DNA of 60,218 nucleotides from an uncultured Erysipelotrichaceae bacterium (GTDB lineage Bacteria; Bacillota_I; Bacilli_A; RF39; UBA660): NCBI GenBank assembly GCA_902786275.1, contig CADACC010000001.1, positions 1 to 60,218 of the forward strand, read 5' to 3'. Shown piece by piece: positions 50,709 to 60,218 of this stretch (position 1 is its first letter; each line of letters starts with the position of its first letter). The notes under the pieces were generated by a model. It saw only the letters and a program-made list of their open reading frames with translations, ran no database searches and was not told where the DNA came from. The position numbers and the translations under genes were made by a program.

Positions 50709-51602
50709 TTACTTCCATAAATTTTCTGGATATACACCATTTTTGATTTCTTCTTTAATATAATCAGATAAAATATCAATGTCTTCTTTGTATGTTAAAC
50801 CAAACCATTTTGATTTTGTTGGAACATCTAAAATAGTTCTTCCAGATGCTATTTCTTCAGAAAGAATATCTGGTATATAGAACTCATATGTATCTAAATC
50901 ATCTTTATTTGATTCAAATGAACTAACCATTTTTGAATCAATAATGCCAAATATGTCTGGTTTTAAACCGTACATGAGCATTGATACTGAATTATTCTTT
51001 GGTAATAATCTTGGCTCTTTGGATTTATTAAGTGGTTCAACCAATACTTTATCACCATCAAGCGTACAGACTGATTCAAGGACTTCATCGATTATACCAT
51101 CATGACTTAGTACTACTCCCCTTTTAACAGACCCATTAGGAGACAATGTATCAGCAAGCTCATAACCAATAACTGTATACTTATCATTATCAAGGCCATC
51201 GGATAAATCTTTAAAAGCTATATCTCCATAAAAATCATCTGCAGTAATAACAGCAAAGTCTTCATTAATATAATCTTTAGCACAATATATTGCATGTGCA
51301 GTTCCCCAAGGTTTTTCTCTGTTTTCTGGAACCTTAAATCCATCAGGAATTATATCAAGTTTTTGTAAAGCATATTTAACTTCTACTTTACCTTCAAGTC
51401 TTTTTCCGATAGTACTTTTAAACTCATCTAAAAGTTCCTCTCTTGTTACAAATACCACCTTATTAAATCCATATTTAATAGCTGAATAAATTGAGTAGTC
51501 CATAATAAACTCTCCATTTGGTCCAACCGGATATAATTGTTTAGGTCCTCCAAATCTTGAACCCATACCTGCGGCTAGTATTAATAAAGTCTTATTTTTC
51601 AT
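50709..51602 (-). CDS. Sugar-phosphate nucleotidyltransferase family protein
   Basis: LILAAGMGSRFGGPKQ, REKPWGTAHA, ADDFYG, WFGLTY. Confidence 0.88.
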   Translation of the reverse strand: MKNKTLLILAAGMGSRFGGPKQLYPVGPNGEFIMDYSIYSAIKYGFNKVVFVTREELLDEFKSTIGKRLEGKVEVKYALQKLDIIPDGFKVPENREKPWGTAHAIYCAKDYINEDFAVITADDFYGDIAFKDLSDGLDNDKYTVIGYELADTLSPNGSVKRGVVLSHDGIIDEVLESVCTLDGDKVLVEPLNKSKEPRLLPKNNSVSMLMYGLKPDIFGIIDSKMVSSFESNKDDLDTYEFYIPDILSEEIASGRTILDVPTKSKWFGLTYKEDIDILSDYIKEEIKNGVYPENLWK

Positions 51603-51605
51603 ATT

Positions 51606-53696
51606 CTATACCTTTCTTATACTTGAATGATTTTTCATTAGCTTTCTAATACCAAATCTTTTATTAAATGCTATTGAAACAAACTTATCATCAATACCTA
51701 CAACTACACCTCTTCCATAAATTGTATGCATTACAACTTGTCCAACTTGGTATTCTTGCTCTTCATCATAGAAAACTTTAGTTTTATCTATTTTCTTTTC
51801 TGACTTAATACTTGCTGATGTTTCTTCTATTAAGTCAGATGGGATTTCCTTTAGGAATCTACTCGGAATTGTAAGATTTTCTTTACCATACAACATTCTT
51901 TTTCGAGCATTACTTAAATATAGTTTTTCTTTAGCTCTTGTAATACCCACATAACAAAGTCTTCTTTCTTCTTCAAGACCGCCTGTTTCAGTAAATGAGT
52001 TTTGATGTGGAAATATTCCATCTTCCATACCTACAATAAAGACAACTTTAAATTCAAGACCTTTAGCACTATGAAGTGTCATAAGCGTTATAGCATCATC
52101 AGATACTTTATGTTCTTCAATGTCTGCAACTAAACTTATCTCTTCTAAAAAATCACTTATACTAATGTCACCTGTTCTGCCTTCGAATGATGCAGTAATA
52201 CTTTTAAACTCATTTAAGTTATCAAGTCTTAGTTCATTTTCAAGCGATTCATCTTGCATTAGTTCTTCTTTCATTCCTGTTTCATTTAGAACTTTATCAA
52301 CAAGTTCAGTTAAAGATAAGTTTTCGCTATCTTTTTGAAGCTTAAGAATTATATTTTTAAACTGATTTCCTTTATTATCATCAATAGCATCAAACATTGA
52401 TATGTTAAGTTTTCGAGATTTTTCTTCAAGATCAGAAATATATTTATCTCCAATACCTCGCTTAGGCACATTTATTACTCTTCTTAAAGAAACATCATCA
52501 TGAGGATTAACTATTAACCTTAAATAACAAATTAAATTTTTAATTTCTTTTCTTGAATAGAAATAATAACTTCCTACTACCTTATATGGAAGATTTGCTT
52601 TAAGCATACCTTCTTCAACAGTTCTTGATTGAGCATTAGTTCTATAGAATATTGCTATATCCTTATAATCATAACCTTGATTATGAAGTTTTTTGATTTC
52701 TTCTACAACTAAAGTTATTTCATGTTTTTCATCATAGCTTGATGTAAATTTTATCTTCTCACCAATACCAAGTAAACTTTTTAAATCTTTTTCTTTTCTC
52801 TCGATATTATGTGAAATTACCCCATTTGCTGCTGATAAAATATTTTGAGTGCTTCTATAATTTATCAGTAGAGGAATTATTTTTGCATCAGGATAATCTT
52901 TTTCAAAGTTTAAAATATTTTTGTAATTAGCTCCTCTAAACATATATATTGATTGATCTGGATCACCTACTGCGAATAAGTTACGATATTTAGCAGCTAA
53001 TAGTTTTGTCATAATATATTGAACTTTATTCGTATCCTGATACTCATCTATTAAAATATATTTATAATGTTCTTGATACCTATCAAGAATATCATCATTT
53101 TCCATAAATAATTTAGTTGGTAATAATAGCAAATCATCAAAATCAACTGAATTATTTTTCTTTAATATTTCTTGATACTCATTATAAATATCAACAACAA
53201 TTGATTCGTTATTGTCTGAAAAATATAGAGATATTTCTTTTTCACTTAATAATTCATTTTTTATATAACTAATTCTATTTTTAACATATGATGGACTAAC
53301 CGATTTTGGATCAATATTATTATTTTTTAGGATCTTTTTGATAATACTTAGTACATCGTCACTATCTAGTATTGTAAAATTTCTATCTAAATTTAGTAAT
53401 TCTAGATTTTCTCTAATTATTTTTAAACCAAATGAGTGAAATGTTCCAACAAATACCTTATCGACATCTTTAACGTCAAAATTTCTAAGTCTTTCTCTCA
53501 TTTCATTTGCAGCTTTATTAGTAAATGTAATTGCAAGTATATTTTGTGCATATACTCCACCATAGATTAATGATGCAATTCTTGATGTTAATACTCTGGT
53601 TTTCCCACTTCCAGCTCCGGCAACAACAAGGCATGGTCCATTAAAATGGTTAACTGCTTTTTGTTGATTTTCATTTAAATTTTTGTATATATCCAT
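51606..53696 (-). CDS. pcrA: ATP-dependent DNA helicase PcrA/UvrD
   Basis: AGAGSGKT, DEYQDTN, VGDPDQSIY, NYRS, HSAKGLEF, EERRLCYVGITRA. Confidence 0.98.
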   Translation of the reverse strand: MDIYKNLNENQQKAVNHFNGPCLVVAGAGSGKTRVLTSRIASLIYGGVYAQNILAITFTNKAANEMRERLRNFDVKDVDKVFVGTFHSFGLKIIRENLELLNLDRNFTILDSDDVLSIIKKILKNNNIDPKSVSPSYVKNRISYIKNELLSEKEISLYFSDNNESIVVDIYNEYQEILKKNNSVDFDDLLLLPTKLFMENDDILDRYQEHYKYILIDEYQDTNKVQYIMTKLLAAKYRNLFAVGDPDQSIYMFRGANYKNILNFEKDYPDAKIIPLLINYRSTQNILSAANGVISHNIERKEKDLKSLLGIGEKIKFTSSYDEKHEITLVVEEIKKLHNQGYDYKDIAIFYRTNAQSRTVEEGMLKANLPYKVVGSYYFYSRKEIKNLICYLRLIVNPHDDVSLRRVINVPKRGIGDKYISDLEEKSRKLNISMFDAIDDNKGNQFKNIILKLQKDSENLSLTELVDKVLNETGMKEELMQDESLENELRLDNLNEFKSITASFEGRTGDISISDFLEEISLVADIEEHKVSDDAITLMTLHSAKGLEFKVVFIVGMEDGIFPHQNSFTETGGLEEERRLCYVGITRAKEKLYLSNARKRMLYGKENLTIPSRFLKEIPSDLIEETSASIKSEKKIDKTKVFYDEEQEYQVGQVVMHTIYGRGVVVGIDDKFVSIAFNKRFGIRKLMKNHSSIRKV

Positions 53697-53752
53697 ATAT
53701 AACCATCCTTACTCTAATAAAATTATAACATAAAATATTTATTAGTTAGATT

Positions 53753-53780
53753 AAAAAAAGCAGTTTATTTTAAACTGCTT
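53753..53780 (-). terminator. Terminator closing the three-gene hypothetical operon
   Basis: AAGCAGTTTA-ttt-TAAACTGCTT with an A run. Confidence 0.75.
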
Positions 53781-54066
53781 ATAAATATGCAAATATATCA
53801 ACATTATTTTCAAGTTTTGTTATTAAATCTTCTTTATCATATTTATCAAATATTTCTACAAAGTTACTATTATCCATTAAGAATAAATCAGCATATCTGA
53901 TAAATATTTCTTTATAATTACTAACACCTAATTTTTTTAAATATAATATATTAGCGGTTACAACTTTCTTTTGTTCATTTAATAAATTAAAAATAACTGT
54001 AGTATTTGAATTTTTTATCATACTTATATCTTCACTTGTAAACCCGATTTTTTCTAAATAATTCAT
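53779..54066 (-). CDS. Small helical-repeat protein (mTERF-like pattern)
   Basis: YLEKIGF, NILYLKKLGV..EIFIRYADLF; coupled to the upstream gene (TAATG overlap). Confidence 0.7.
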   Translation of the reverse strand: MNYLEKIGFTSEDISMIKNSNTTVIFNLLNEQKKVVTANILYLKKLGVSNYKEIFIRYADLFLMDNSNFVEIFDKYDKEDLITKLENNVDIFAYL

Positions 54067-54863
54067 TATCTTTGTCCCCTAAAATCTTCTCTTGAATCAT
54101 GGTTCTTAATTAATAAGATATCTTCTTGATTAATAAATGGGTTATTATCACGTAGTTTACTAAATGCCGCACGAAGCAAATCATTTTGATTGATTAACTC
54201 TCCGTTTGTTTGAAGCGTTATTTTCATTGATTCTTCAAATTCATCAGTCATTTCTACAAATCTACCATATAGTCTTTGTGACGTATTTTGAATTTTTGAA
54301 AACAATTCTGATAATGGATCATTTTCAATTCCTTCAAGTATGTAATTATACTCTTTATCTTTAGATTCATCAGACTTTCCAAAATATTTTTTAAAATATT
54401 TTTCAAAATATATTGTGTAAAATCTTTTTAAATAGGATTTACTTAAAATAGAGTCTTGAGATACTTCTTCATATATTTGTCCATCATCTGAACAATATGG
54501 ATATTCAAACATTTTGCAATAATTAAGTTTTGTTGCAATAAATGCAGGATTTGTTGCAATATCTTTAACTGTTTTAAGCTTTAAATTTTCACCAAAACTC
54601 CTATAAACATTTTTTCTTATAGAAAGTTCTTCAGGAGTTGAAGATAAAAAACTTATTAAATCTGAGTAATTAGAAATTTTAGCTTGTGTAATTTCTGGCA
54701 GTAAGACAATTAATTGATTTAATTTTTCTTCTTCAAATTCACTTAATACTCCCATAAAATGAGAATTTAGGTCACTAAGAGCCTTCTCCTTACTATATGA
54801 AGGAGCAAGTAAATCATTATCATATAATAAATCAATTACTCTTTTATTACCTATAACTGCCAT
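54066..54863 (-). CDS. Hypothetical protein
   Basis: 265-aa ORF with GGAGG SD; middle gene of the operon. Confidence 0.75.
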   Translation of the reverse strand: MAVIGNKRVIDLLYDNDLLAPSYSKEKALSDLNSHFMGVLSEFEEEKLNQLIVLLPEITQAKISNYSDLISFLSSTPEELSIRKNVYRSFGENLKLKTVKDIATNPAFIATKLNYCKMFEYPYCSDDGQIYEEVSQDSILSKSYLKRFYTIYFEKYFKKYFGKSDESKDKEYNYILEGIENDPLSELFSKIQNTSQRLYGRFVEMTDEFEESMKITLQTNGELINQNDLLRAAFSKLRDNNPFINQEDILLIKNHDSREDFRGQR

Positions 54864-54873
54864 AAACAGCCTC

Positions 54874-56280
54874 CTAGTATGCCATTAGAGGAACTTTTTT
54901 AGGATCTAATCCATTCTCCTTTAATAAATTAATAGCATTTTCTAATCCTTTTAGATCATATTTTTTTAGAACTGATGGATTAAAGTAAATATCATCTACT
55001 GTTTTACCGGCTTCAATAATCATATTGATTTTTTCTTTTAATTCAGGATCAGATAAAATATTTACATTATCACTAACAATATCTAAATTTATATTGAAAT
55101 CTTTTAGTATATTAACATTCTTTTCAACAATTGATTTATCTTCAAGATTAACTAGTTCTTCAAGTTCGCTTTCAACAAACATGATATCGTTTAAACCAAG
55201 TCTTTTAAATAAATCCATCATTGATTCATCATTTGATGAAGTAGTTTCTTCTTTAACTTCTTCGCTCTTTATAAAAGGATCCAAAGTTATTTCTTCTTTT
55301 TCTTTCTTTTCTTCATCATCTTTTACTTGTTCTTTTATTTCATCAATGAAGCTTGATGGTTTTACTTCTGCATCTTCTATTTCAAATGGAAGTTTATCAT
55401 CATTTGAACCAAGTAAATCAGTAATTGTTTTATCTTCTTTAGGTTCTTCTATTTTAATTTCTTCTTTTTCTTCCTCAATTACAGGTTTAGAGTTGAAATT
55501 AAACACTGATTTAATGTCATCATCAGATAAAGAATACTCTTTATTAAATGATTTTGATTCTTCGAATACTTCACCGATTGGTTTTGAAACAGATTCTTTA
55601 GCTTCGATTAAAACATCAGATATTGACTTACCATTATGATTATTTTCATGATATTGTTTATCATAATCATATAATGCATCTTCAGGGAACATCATAAGTT
55701 TAGCAGCTTCTCTTTGTTCTTCATCAGTAAAATTAAATTGACTAATTAAAGATGTAATTGCTTCTCTTGTAATATTAATATTTCCACTAAGTGCTAAATC
55801 AAAGTATTCATTTAATTTATCTTGGTTAGCAAGTTCAGTTTCTTTTCTAACAGCAAGTTCATCAATCTTTGTTATTGCACTATTCATTTCATCTTCAACA
55901 TTTACAAGTTCATCTTCAGCTTTTTTAGTTTCACTTACAACTTGCTCAATTTTACCAGGTAATAACTCATCAATTTTATTTTTGATATCTTCAGGATTAA
56001 AATCAATATTTAATCTTTCAATTACCATTTTAAAATCTTCTAGATTAATACCAGAAAGTAACTCTCTTAAATGAGCTCCTTGTTCAGCAAGAACAGATTC
56101 TTCTTTTGTTAAGGATTCAATTTTTTGTTGTAATTCTTGTTTTTGTTTTGTTGTTTTTTCTTTTGTTTCTTCTGCTACTTTTCTTTCTTCTTCCATCTCT
56201 TTTAGGACATAACTATCTTCACTTCTTAAGTTATATAGTTTATCAAGTAGAGTTTCAGTTTCTTTTGACAATATCTTCAT
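54874..56280 (-). CDS. Coiled-coil / acidic linker / helical-repeat protein
   Basis: Heptad-rich N-terminal ~160 aa, Glu/Asp-rich centre, C-terminal repeats (NVNILKDFNI, KINMIIEAG, AINLLKENG). Confidence 0.8.
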   Translation of the reverse strand: MKILSKETETLLDKLYNLRSEDSYVLKEMEEERKVAEETKEKTTKQKQELQQKIESLTKEESVLAEQGAHLRELLSGINLEDFKMVIERLNIDFNPEDIKNKIDELLPGKIEQVVSETKKAEDELVNVEDEMNSAITKIDELAVRKETELANQDKLNEYFDLALSGNINITREAITSLISQFNFTDEEQREAAKLMMFPEDALYDYDKQYHENNHNGKSISDVLIEAKESVSKPIGEVFEESKSFNKEYSLSDDDIKSVFNFNSKPVIEEEKEEIKIEEPKEDKTITDLLGSNDDKLPFEIEDAEVKPSSFIDEIKEQVKDDEEKKEKEEITLDPFIKSEEVKEETTSSNDESMMDLFKRLGLNDIMFVESELEELVNLEDKSIVEKNVNILKDFNINLDIVSDNVNILSDPELKEKINMIIEAGKTVDDIYFNPSVLKKYDLKGLENAINLLKENGLDPKKVPLMAY

Positions 56281-56445
56281 TTTTACACCCTCTTATTCTA
56301 TAAATTATTTTATCAAAATATAGTTTTTTTGTAAACTAAAAGTATAACTAATAAAAAAATATTTTTTTCATCTTGACTTTTTTCTAGGCAATAGTTTTAA
56401 CACAATGAAATTTTGTTCATATATTAAAGAAGAAATGAGGAATTT

Positions 56446-57420
56446 ATGAAAAAAATATGTATTATTGTTTTATCAGTTTTACTGATATTTATATTGATTA
56501 TTAAGCTAAATAAAAAGAATGATAAAGCAGATAAAATCACTGTAGCTGAAGTAACACATAGTATATTTTATGCACCATTTTACGTTGCTATAGAAAAAGG
56601 ATATTTTAAAGATGAAGGCCTTGATATAAAACTAGTTTTAACTAGTGGAGCTGATAAGGTTTCAGCTAGTGTATTAAGTGGAGATGCACAGATAGGTTTA
56701 GCAGGGGCTGAATCAGCAATATATGTTTATAACGGTGGAGAAAAAGATTACTTACAAATATTTTCTGGTTTAACAAAACGTGATGGTCAATTTATACTTG
56801 GAAGAAATAAAGTAGATAACTTCGATATATCTATGTTAAAAGGAAAAGAAATTTTAGTTGGAAGAAAAGGCGGAATGCCATCAATTAATTTTTTAAATGC
56901 TCTTCAAAATTCAAATATTAGTAAAAAAGATTTAGACATTAATTATCAAATTGACTTTGCTTCCCTATCTGGTGCATTTATTGGAGGAACAGGAGACTAT
57001 GTAAATCTATTTGAACCAAATGCATCATTACTAGAAAAGAATAAAGAAGGATACATACTTGCATCAGTTGGTAAACTATCTGGTGAAATGCCTTACACAA
57101 CCTTTTATGCAAGAAAAAACTTTATAAAAAATAATAAGGAAACTATAAAAAAATTTAATAATGCAATAAATAAAGGTTTAAGTTTTGTTGAAGAAAATGA
57201 ACCAAAAGTAATAGCGGAAGCTATCCACAAACAATTTCCTGATAACACAATTAATGAACTTACTAGTATGATACAAAATTATAAACAATCTGATTCATGG
57301 CTTAATAATACTGTAGTAAGCAAAAAGTTATTTGAGAATCTTGAAGACTTACTAATTAAAAACAAACTTATAGAATCTTATGTTCCGTTTAATAAACTTG
57401 TAATAAATTTAAATGAATAA
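56446..57420 (+). CDS. ABC transporter substrate-binding protein (NMT1/THI5, SsuA-like)
   Basis: EVTHSIFYAPFYVA..KGYF..EGL, GRKGGMP, LFEP. Confidence 0.9.
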   Translation: MKKICIIVLSVLLIFILIIKLNKKNDKADKITVAEVTHSIFYAPFYVAIEKGYFKDEGLDIKLVLTSGADKVSASVLSGDAQIGLAGAESAIYVYNGGEKDYLQIFSGLTKRDGQFILGRNKVDNFDISMLKGKEILVGRKGGMPSINFLNALQNSNISKKDLDINYQIDFASLSGAFIGGTGDYVNLFEPNASLLEKNKEGYILASVGKLSGEMPYTTFYARKNFIKNNKETIKKFNNAINKGLSFVEENEPKVIAEAIHKQFPDNTINELTSMIQNYKQSDSWLNNTVVSKKLFENLEDLLIKNKLIESYVPFNKLVINLNE

Positions 57421-58162
57421 TGTGTTACTTTCATTAGAAAATGTTAGTAAGTCTTTTAAAACTAAGAATAAAACTACCAATGTTATTGATAATATATCAT
57501 TTGATATTAATAAAGGAGATTTTATTGCTATTGTAGGTACATCTGGGTGTGGTAAAACTACGCTTCTTAATATAATTTCTGATCTTGACAAGAGTTATTA
57601 TGGAAATATTAAATATAATTTTAATAAATATGATATTGCGTATATGATGCAGGATGCAGCACTTTTTCCTTGGCTAACAATTAAAGATAATGCGAAACTT
57701 ATAACAAAAATCAAAAAGATAAATAATGATGATTATATTAATACTCTCATTAAAAGATATGATTTAGAAGAATTTATAAATGTATATCCATCAAGCTTAT
57801 CTGGTGGAATGAAACAAAGAGTTTCCTTAATTAGAACTATTGCATCTAAACCCGTACTTCTACTTTTAGATGAACCATTTGCTCAGCTTGACTATCAGAC
57901 TAGATTAAAAATTAGCAATGATGTCTTTGATTTATCAAAAGAAAATAACATTACTGTTATTATGATAACTCACGATATTTCTGAAGCTATTAGTTTAGCA
58001 GATAAAGTAATTGTATTATCTAAAAGACCAAGTAGAATTAAAAATGTATATAAAATTAATATTGATGGAATAAACAATCCAATTTTAAGAAGACATAATC
58101 CCAAATTTAATGAATACTATAAATTAATTTCTGAGGATTTAGATATACTAAATGAACAATAA
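57413..58162 (+). CDS. ABC transporter ATP-binding protein (TauB/SsuB-like)
   Basis: GTSGCGKT, LSGGMKQR, LLDEPF, ITHD. Confidence 0.95.
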   Translation: MNNVLLSLENVSKSFKTKNKTTNVIDNISFDINKGDFIAIVGTSGCGKTTLLNIISDLDKSYYGNIKYNFNKYDIAYMMQDAALFPWLTIKDNAKLITKIKKINNDDYINTLIKRYDLEEFINVYPSSLSGGMKQRVSLIRTIASKPVLLLLDEPFAQLDYQTRLKISNDVFDLSKENNITVIMITHDISEAISLADKVIVLSKRPSRIKNVYKINIDGINNPILRRHNPKFNEYYKLISEDLDILNEQ

Positions 58163-58907
58163 AATCTTTGTTAATTTATTTAGAGTACTAATAATTCTTG
58201 TATTTATTTTTCTTTGGGAATACTTATCTTATAAAAATATTATAAATTCTTTTATTTTTTCCTCTCCATCAAAAATTATTAAATGTATATCAACTTTATA
58301 TAATAGTAATAACCTTTTTAATCATATATTTATTACCATTACGGAAACAGTTGTTGCCTTCAGTTTAAGCATCATAATTGCCCTATTTATCGGGATTTTA
58401 TTTTACGAATGCAATTTCATATATAGAGTTTTAGAACCTTTTTTAACTTTATTTAACTCAATGCCTAAAGTTGCACTAGGTCCATTAATTATAATTATAT
58501 TTGGTGCAAAAGAAACGAGTATAATTATAATGGCCTTGTCAATAACGCTTATATTAAATATTATGCAAATATATAATAGTTTCTCTCAAACAGATAAATA
58601 CTTAGATAAACTTTTAACGATTTATCATGCCTCAAGATATGAAAAACTAAAGTATTTAGTAATCCCATCTGCATTAGTTACAATTGTTAATAGTTTAAAA
58701 ATAAATATATCTATGACTTTAATTGGTGTAATTATGGGTGAATTCTTAGTAAGTAAGGCTGGTATAGGTTACCTAATTGTGTATGGTTCTCAAGTATTTA
58801 ATCTTACTTTGGTATTAACTGGTATATTTATATTAATACTTATATCTTTTATTATGTATGTAATTATAACTATAATAGAAAACAAAATAAAAAGATCTTA
58901 TGATTAA
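58152..58907 (+). CDS. ABC transporter permease (TauC/SsuC-like)
   Basis: SSPSKI, NSMPKVALGP, GVIMGEF...GIGYLI. Confidence 0.93.
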   Translation: MNNKIFVNLFRVLIILVFIFLWEYLSYKNIINSFIFSSPSKIIKCISTLYNSNNLFNHIFITITETVVAFSLSIIIALFIGILFYECNFIYRVLEPFLTLFNSMPKVALGPLIIIIFGAKETSIIIMALSITLILNIMQIYNSFSQTDKYLDKLLTIYHASRYEKLKYLVIPSALVTIVNSLKINISMTLIGVIMGEFLVSKAGIGYLIVYGSQVFNLTLVLTGIFILILISFIMYVIITIIENKIKRSYD

Positions 58908-58918
58908 GATCTTTTTTT
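58889..58918. terminator. Bidirectional terminator
   Basis: AAAAAGATCTTA-tgat-TAAGATCTTTTT. Confidence 0.8.
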
Positions 58919-60218
58919 ATTCAGTATATATTAATTTATTGTTATATGTATAATATTTAGTCTCTTTACCAGATGTTTTAATATAGTGTTCATTTAATTG
59001 AACAGAATCTTTAGTAGTTAATATTTCTTTATTTTTAGATAAGTTATATATAGTATATTTCTCTCCATTTGTTAATACTGCATAGTATTTTTCTCTAAAT
59101 TCTTTAACTAAAATATTATCATATTTTGTTTTAACAATTTCTTTTCCATCTTCATTTATTATTCCTTTTTTATTATCTTTATCAGAAACAATATAGAACT
59201 TTCCTTCATTTTTTATATCAGAATATTTTGATGAGATGTTTTTACCTTTAAAGTTAATTAAATATTTATCATTTCCGTTAATTGATACTTTTGCTAAACC
59301 ATTCTCGTCAAATGGATATGCATATTTAAATGACTTATCATACATTTTTTTACCAGATAAATCATAAAATTCATAAGATCCATCAATGTATAGAACATAA
59401 GCTTTTTCATTTACTTTACCAATTGATGATAAAGCTCCTTCAATTGATTTAACTTTCTTTCCGTTTTTAACAAATACTATATCATATGATTTATCATCTC
59501 TATACACATAGTTTTCATCATCATAGAAAGCAATTGTGCTTGGAAGTTTTTTACTTAATTCTGCTTTACTTCCCTTAACGCTAACAAAGTATTTATTATA
59601 TTCTTTTGAGCAAATAATTGTATTTTCATATACGTATAATTGGTCACATTTATCTGATAAATCAATTACTTTTTTACCATTTGATAACTTATGGCCAGTT
59701 TCTGCTAAAATTTCAAACCACGATACACAGGCATTATATGATAATACTTTATTATTTTCAGTTGATGCATTTACACAGTAATGAACATCACTATTAAATC
59801 TTAGTTTTTCTTTCTTATTAGATAAGTCTATAACTATATTTTCTTTGTTATAGTAAACAGTTGCATAGTACTCAATGTAGTTTACTGTTGGATCTTTTAC
59901 TCCGCTTTTCTTATCAAGCGTTGTAATTTTTGTACCATCATACATATAAATATAAAATTTATCTGATGTGCTTGCAATAATAACTGGATAATCAGTACCA
60001 TAAGATGTAACATCTAATTTTTCTGAATCTAGTAAAACTTTACCCTTATGATTAATTAAAGCATATCCTTTATCACTTCTTACTTTGTATAATCCACTAT
60101 AGTCAGTTATATAATTATACTTACCAAACTTAACTGTTTCTTTGCCTTTAGAATCTATAATAGCATATTCATTATTATCATTTTGAACAACAGTGTGATT
60201 TGATATAAACTTTCCTGT
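58917..60218 (-). CDS. WG-repeat-like beta-rich protein, start lies beyond the window
   Basis: Frame stays open from 59945 to the window edge (checked by hand); repeats KKGIINEDGKEIV, YLINFKGK, YAIIDSKGKE, YALINHKGK. Confidence 0.8.
   Translation of the reverse strand, partial: TGKFISNHTVVQNDNNEYAIIDSKGKETVKFGKYNYITDYSGLYKVRSDKGYALINHKGKVLLDSEKLDVTSYGTDYPVIIASTSDKFYIYMYDGTKITTLDKKSGVKDPTVNYIEYYATVYYNKENIVIDLSNKKEKLRFNSDVHYCVNASTENNKVLSYNACVSWFEILAETGHKLSNGKKVIDLSDKCDQLYVYENTIICSKEYNKYFVSVKGSKAELSKKLPSTIAFYDDENYVYRDDKSYDIVFVKNGKKVKSIEGALSSIGKVNEKAYVLYIDGSYEFYDLSGKKMYDKSFKYAYPFDENGLAKVSINGNDKYLINFKGKNISSKYSDIKNEGKFYIVSDKDNKKGIINEDGKEIVKTKYDNILVKEFREKYYAVLTNGEKYTIYNLSKNKEILTTKDSVQLNEHYIKTSGKETKYYTYNNKLIYTE

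Noticed and set aside
56281-56445. Possible TPP or other riboswitch before the THI5-like ABC operon
   Set aside because: The leader is short and almost pure A/T, with no aptamer motifs.

Overview
Very AT-rich chromosomal window that uses the standard genetic code (TGA is used as a stop). It is from a small-genome Firmicute; gene content and style suggest uncultured Bacilli of the RF39 type, which is an inference. Most genes lie on the minus strand and are housekeeping: rimP-nusA-ylxR-infB-rbfA, ftsK, trmL, lysS, nrdG-nrdD-trxB, murC, dusB, pduL, yebC, asnB, an ltaS-like gene, ligA, pcrA and an ABC importer. Orphan genes are interspersed, including a large BspA-LRR fusion, a TPR protein and a kinase-like protein. 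I found no tRNA, rRNA, CRISPR array, integrase or transposase. Best leads: (1) an unannotated ~300 bp locus behind dusB (34317-34628) built like a type I toxin-antitoxin system, with a 22-aa hydrophobic ORF, a fold-back mRNA, a palindrome over its promoter, and a convergent ~70-nt sRNA with its own near-consensus promoter and terminator; (2) an intact but catalytically dead NrdD paralogue translationally coupled to nrdG, ahead of a glutaredoxin-fused NrdD and trxB; (3) a three-gene operon with mTERF-like repeats; (4) odd domain architectures: a YfcC-type transporter with a Ca-binding repeat insert, a sortase B with a large N-terminal domain facing an NPKTG substrate, a half-length RimP, a Clp ATPase with an eroded second ring and a degenerate GGDEF protein. 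All family calls come from motif recognition by eye; no searches were run.
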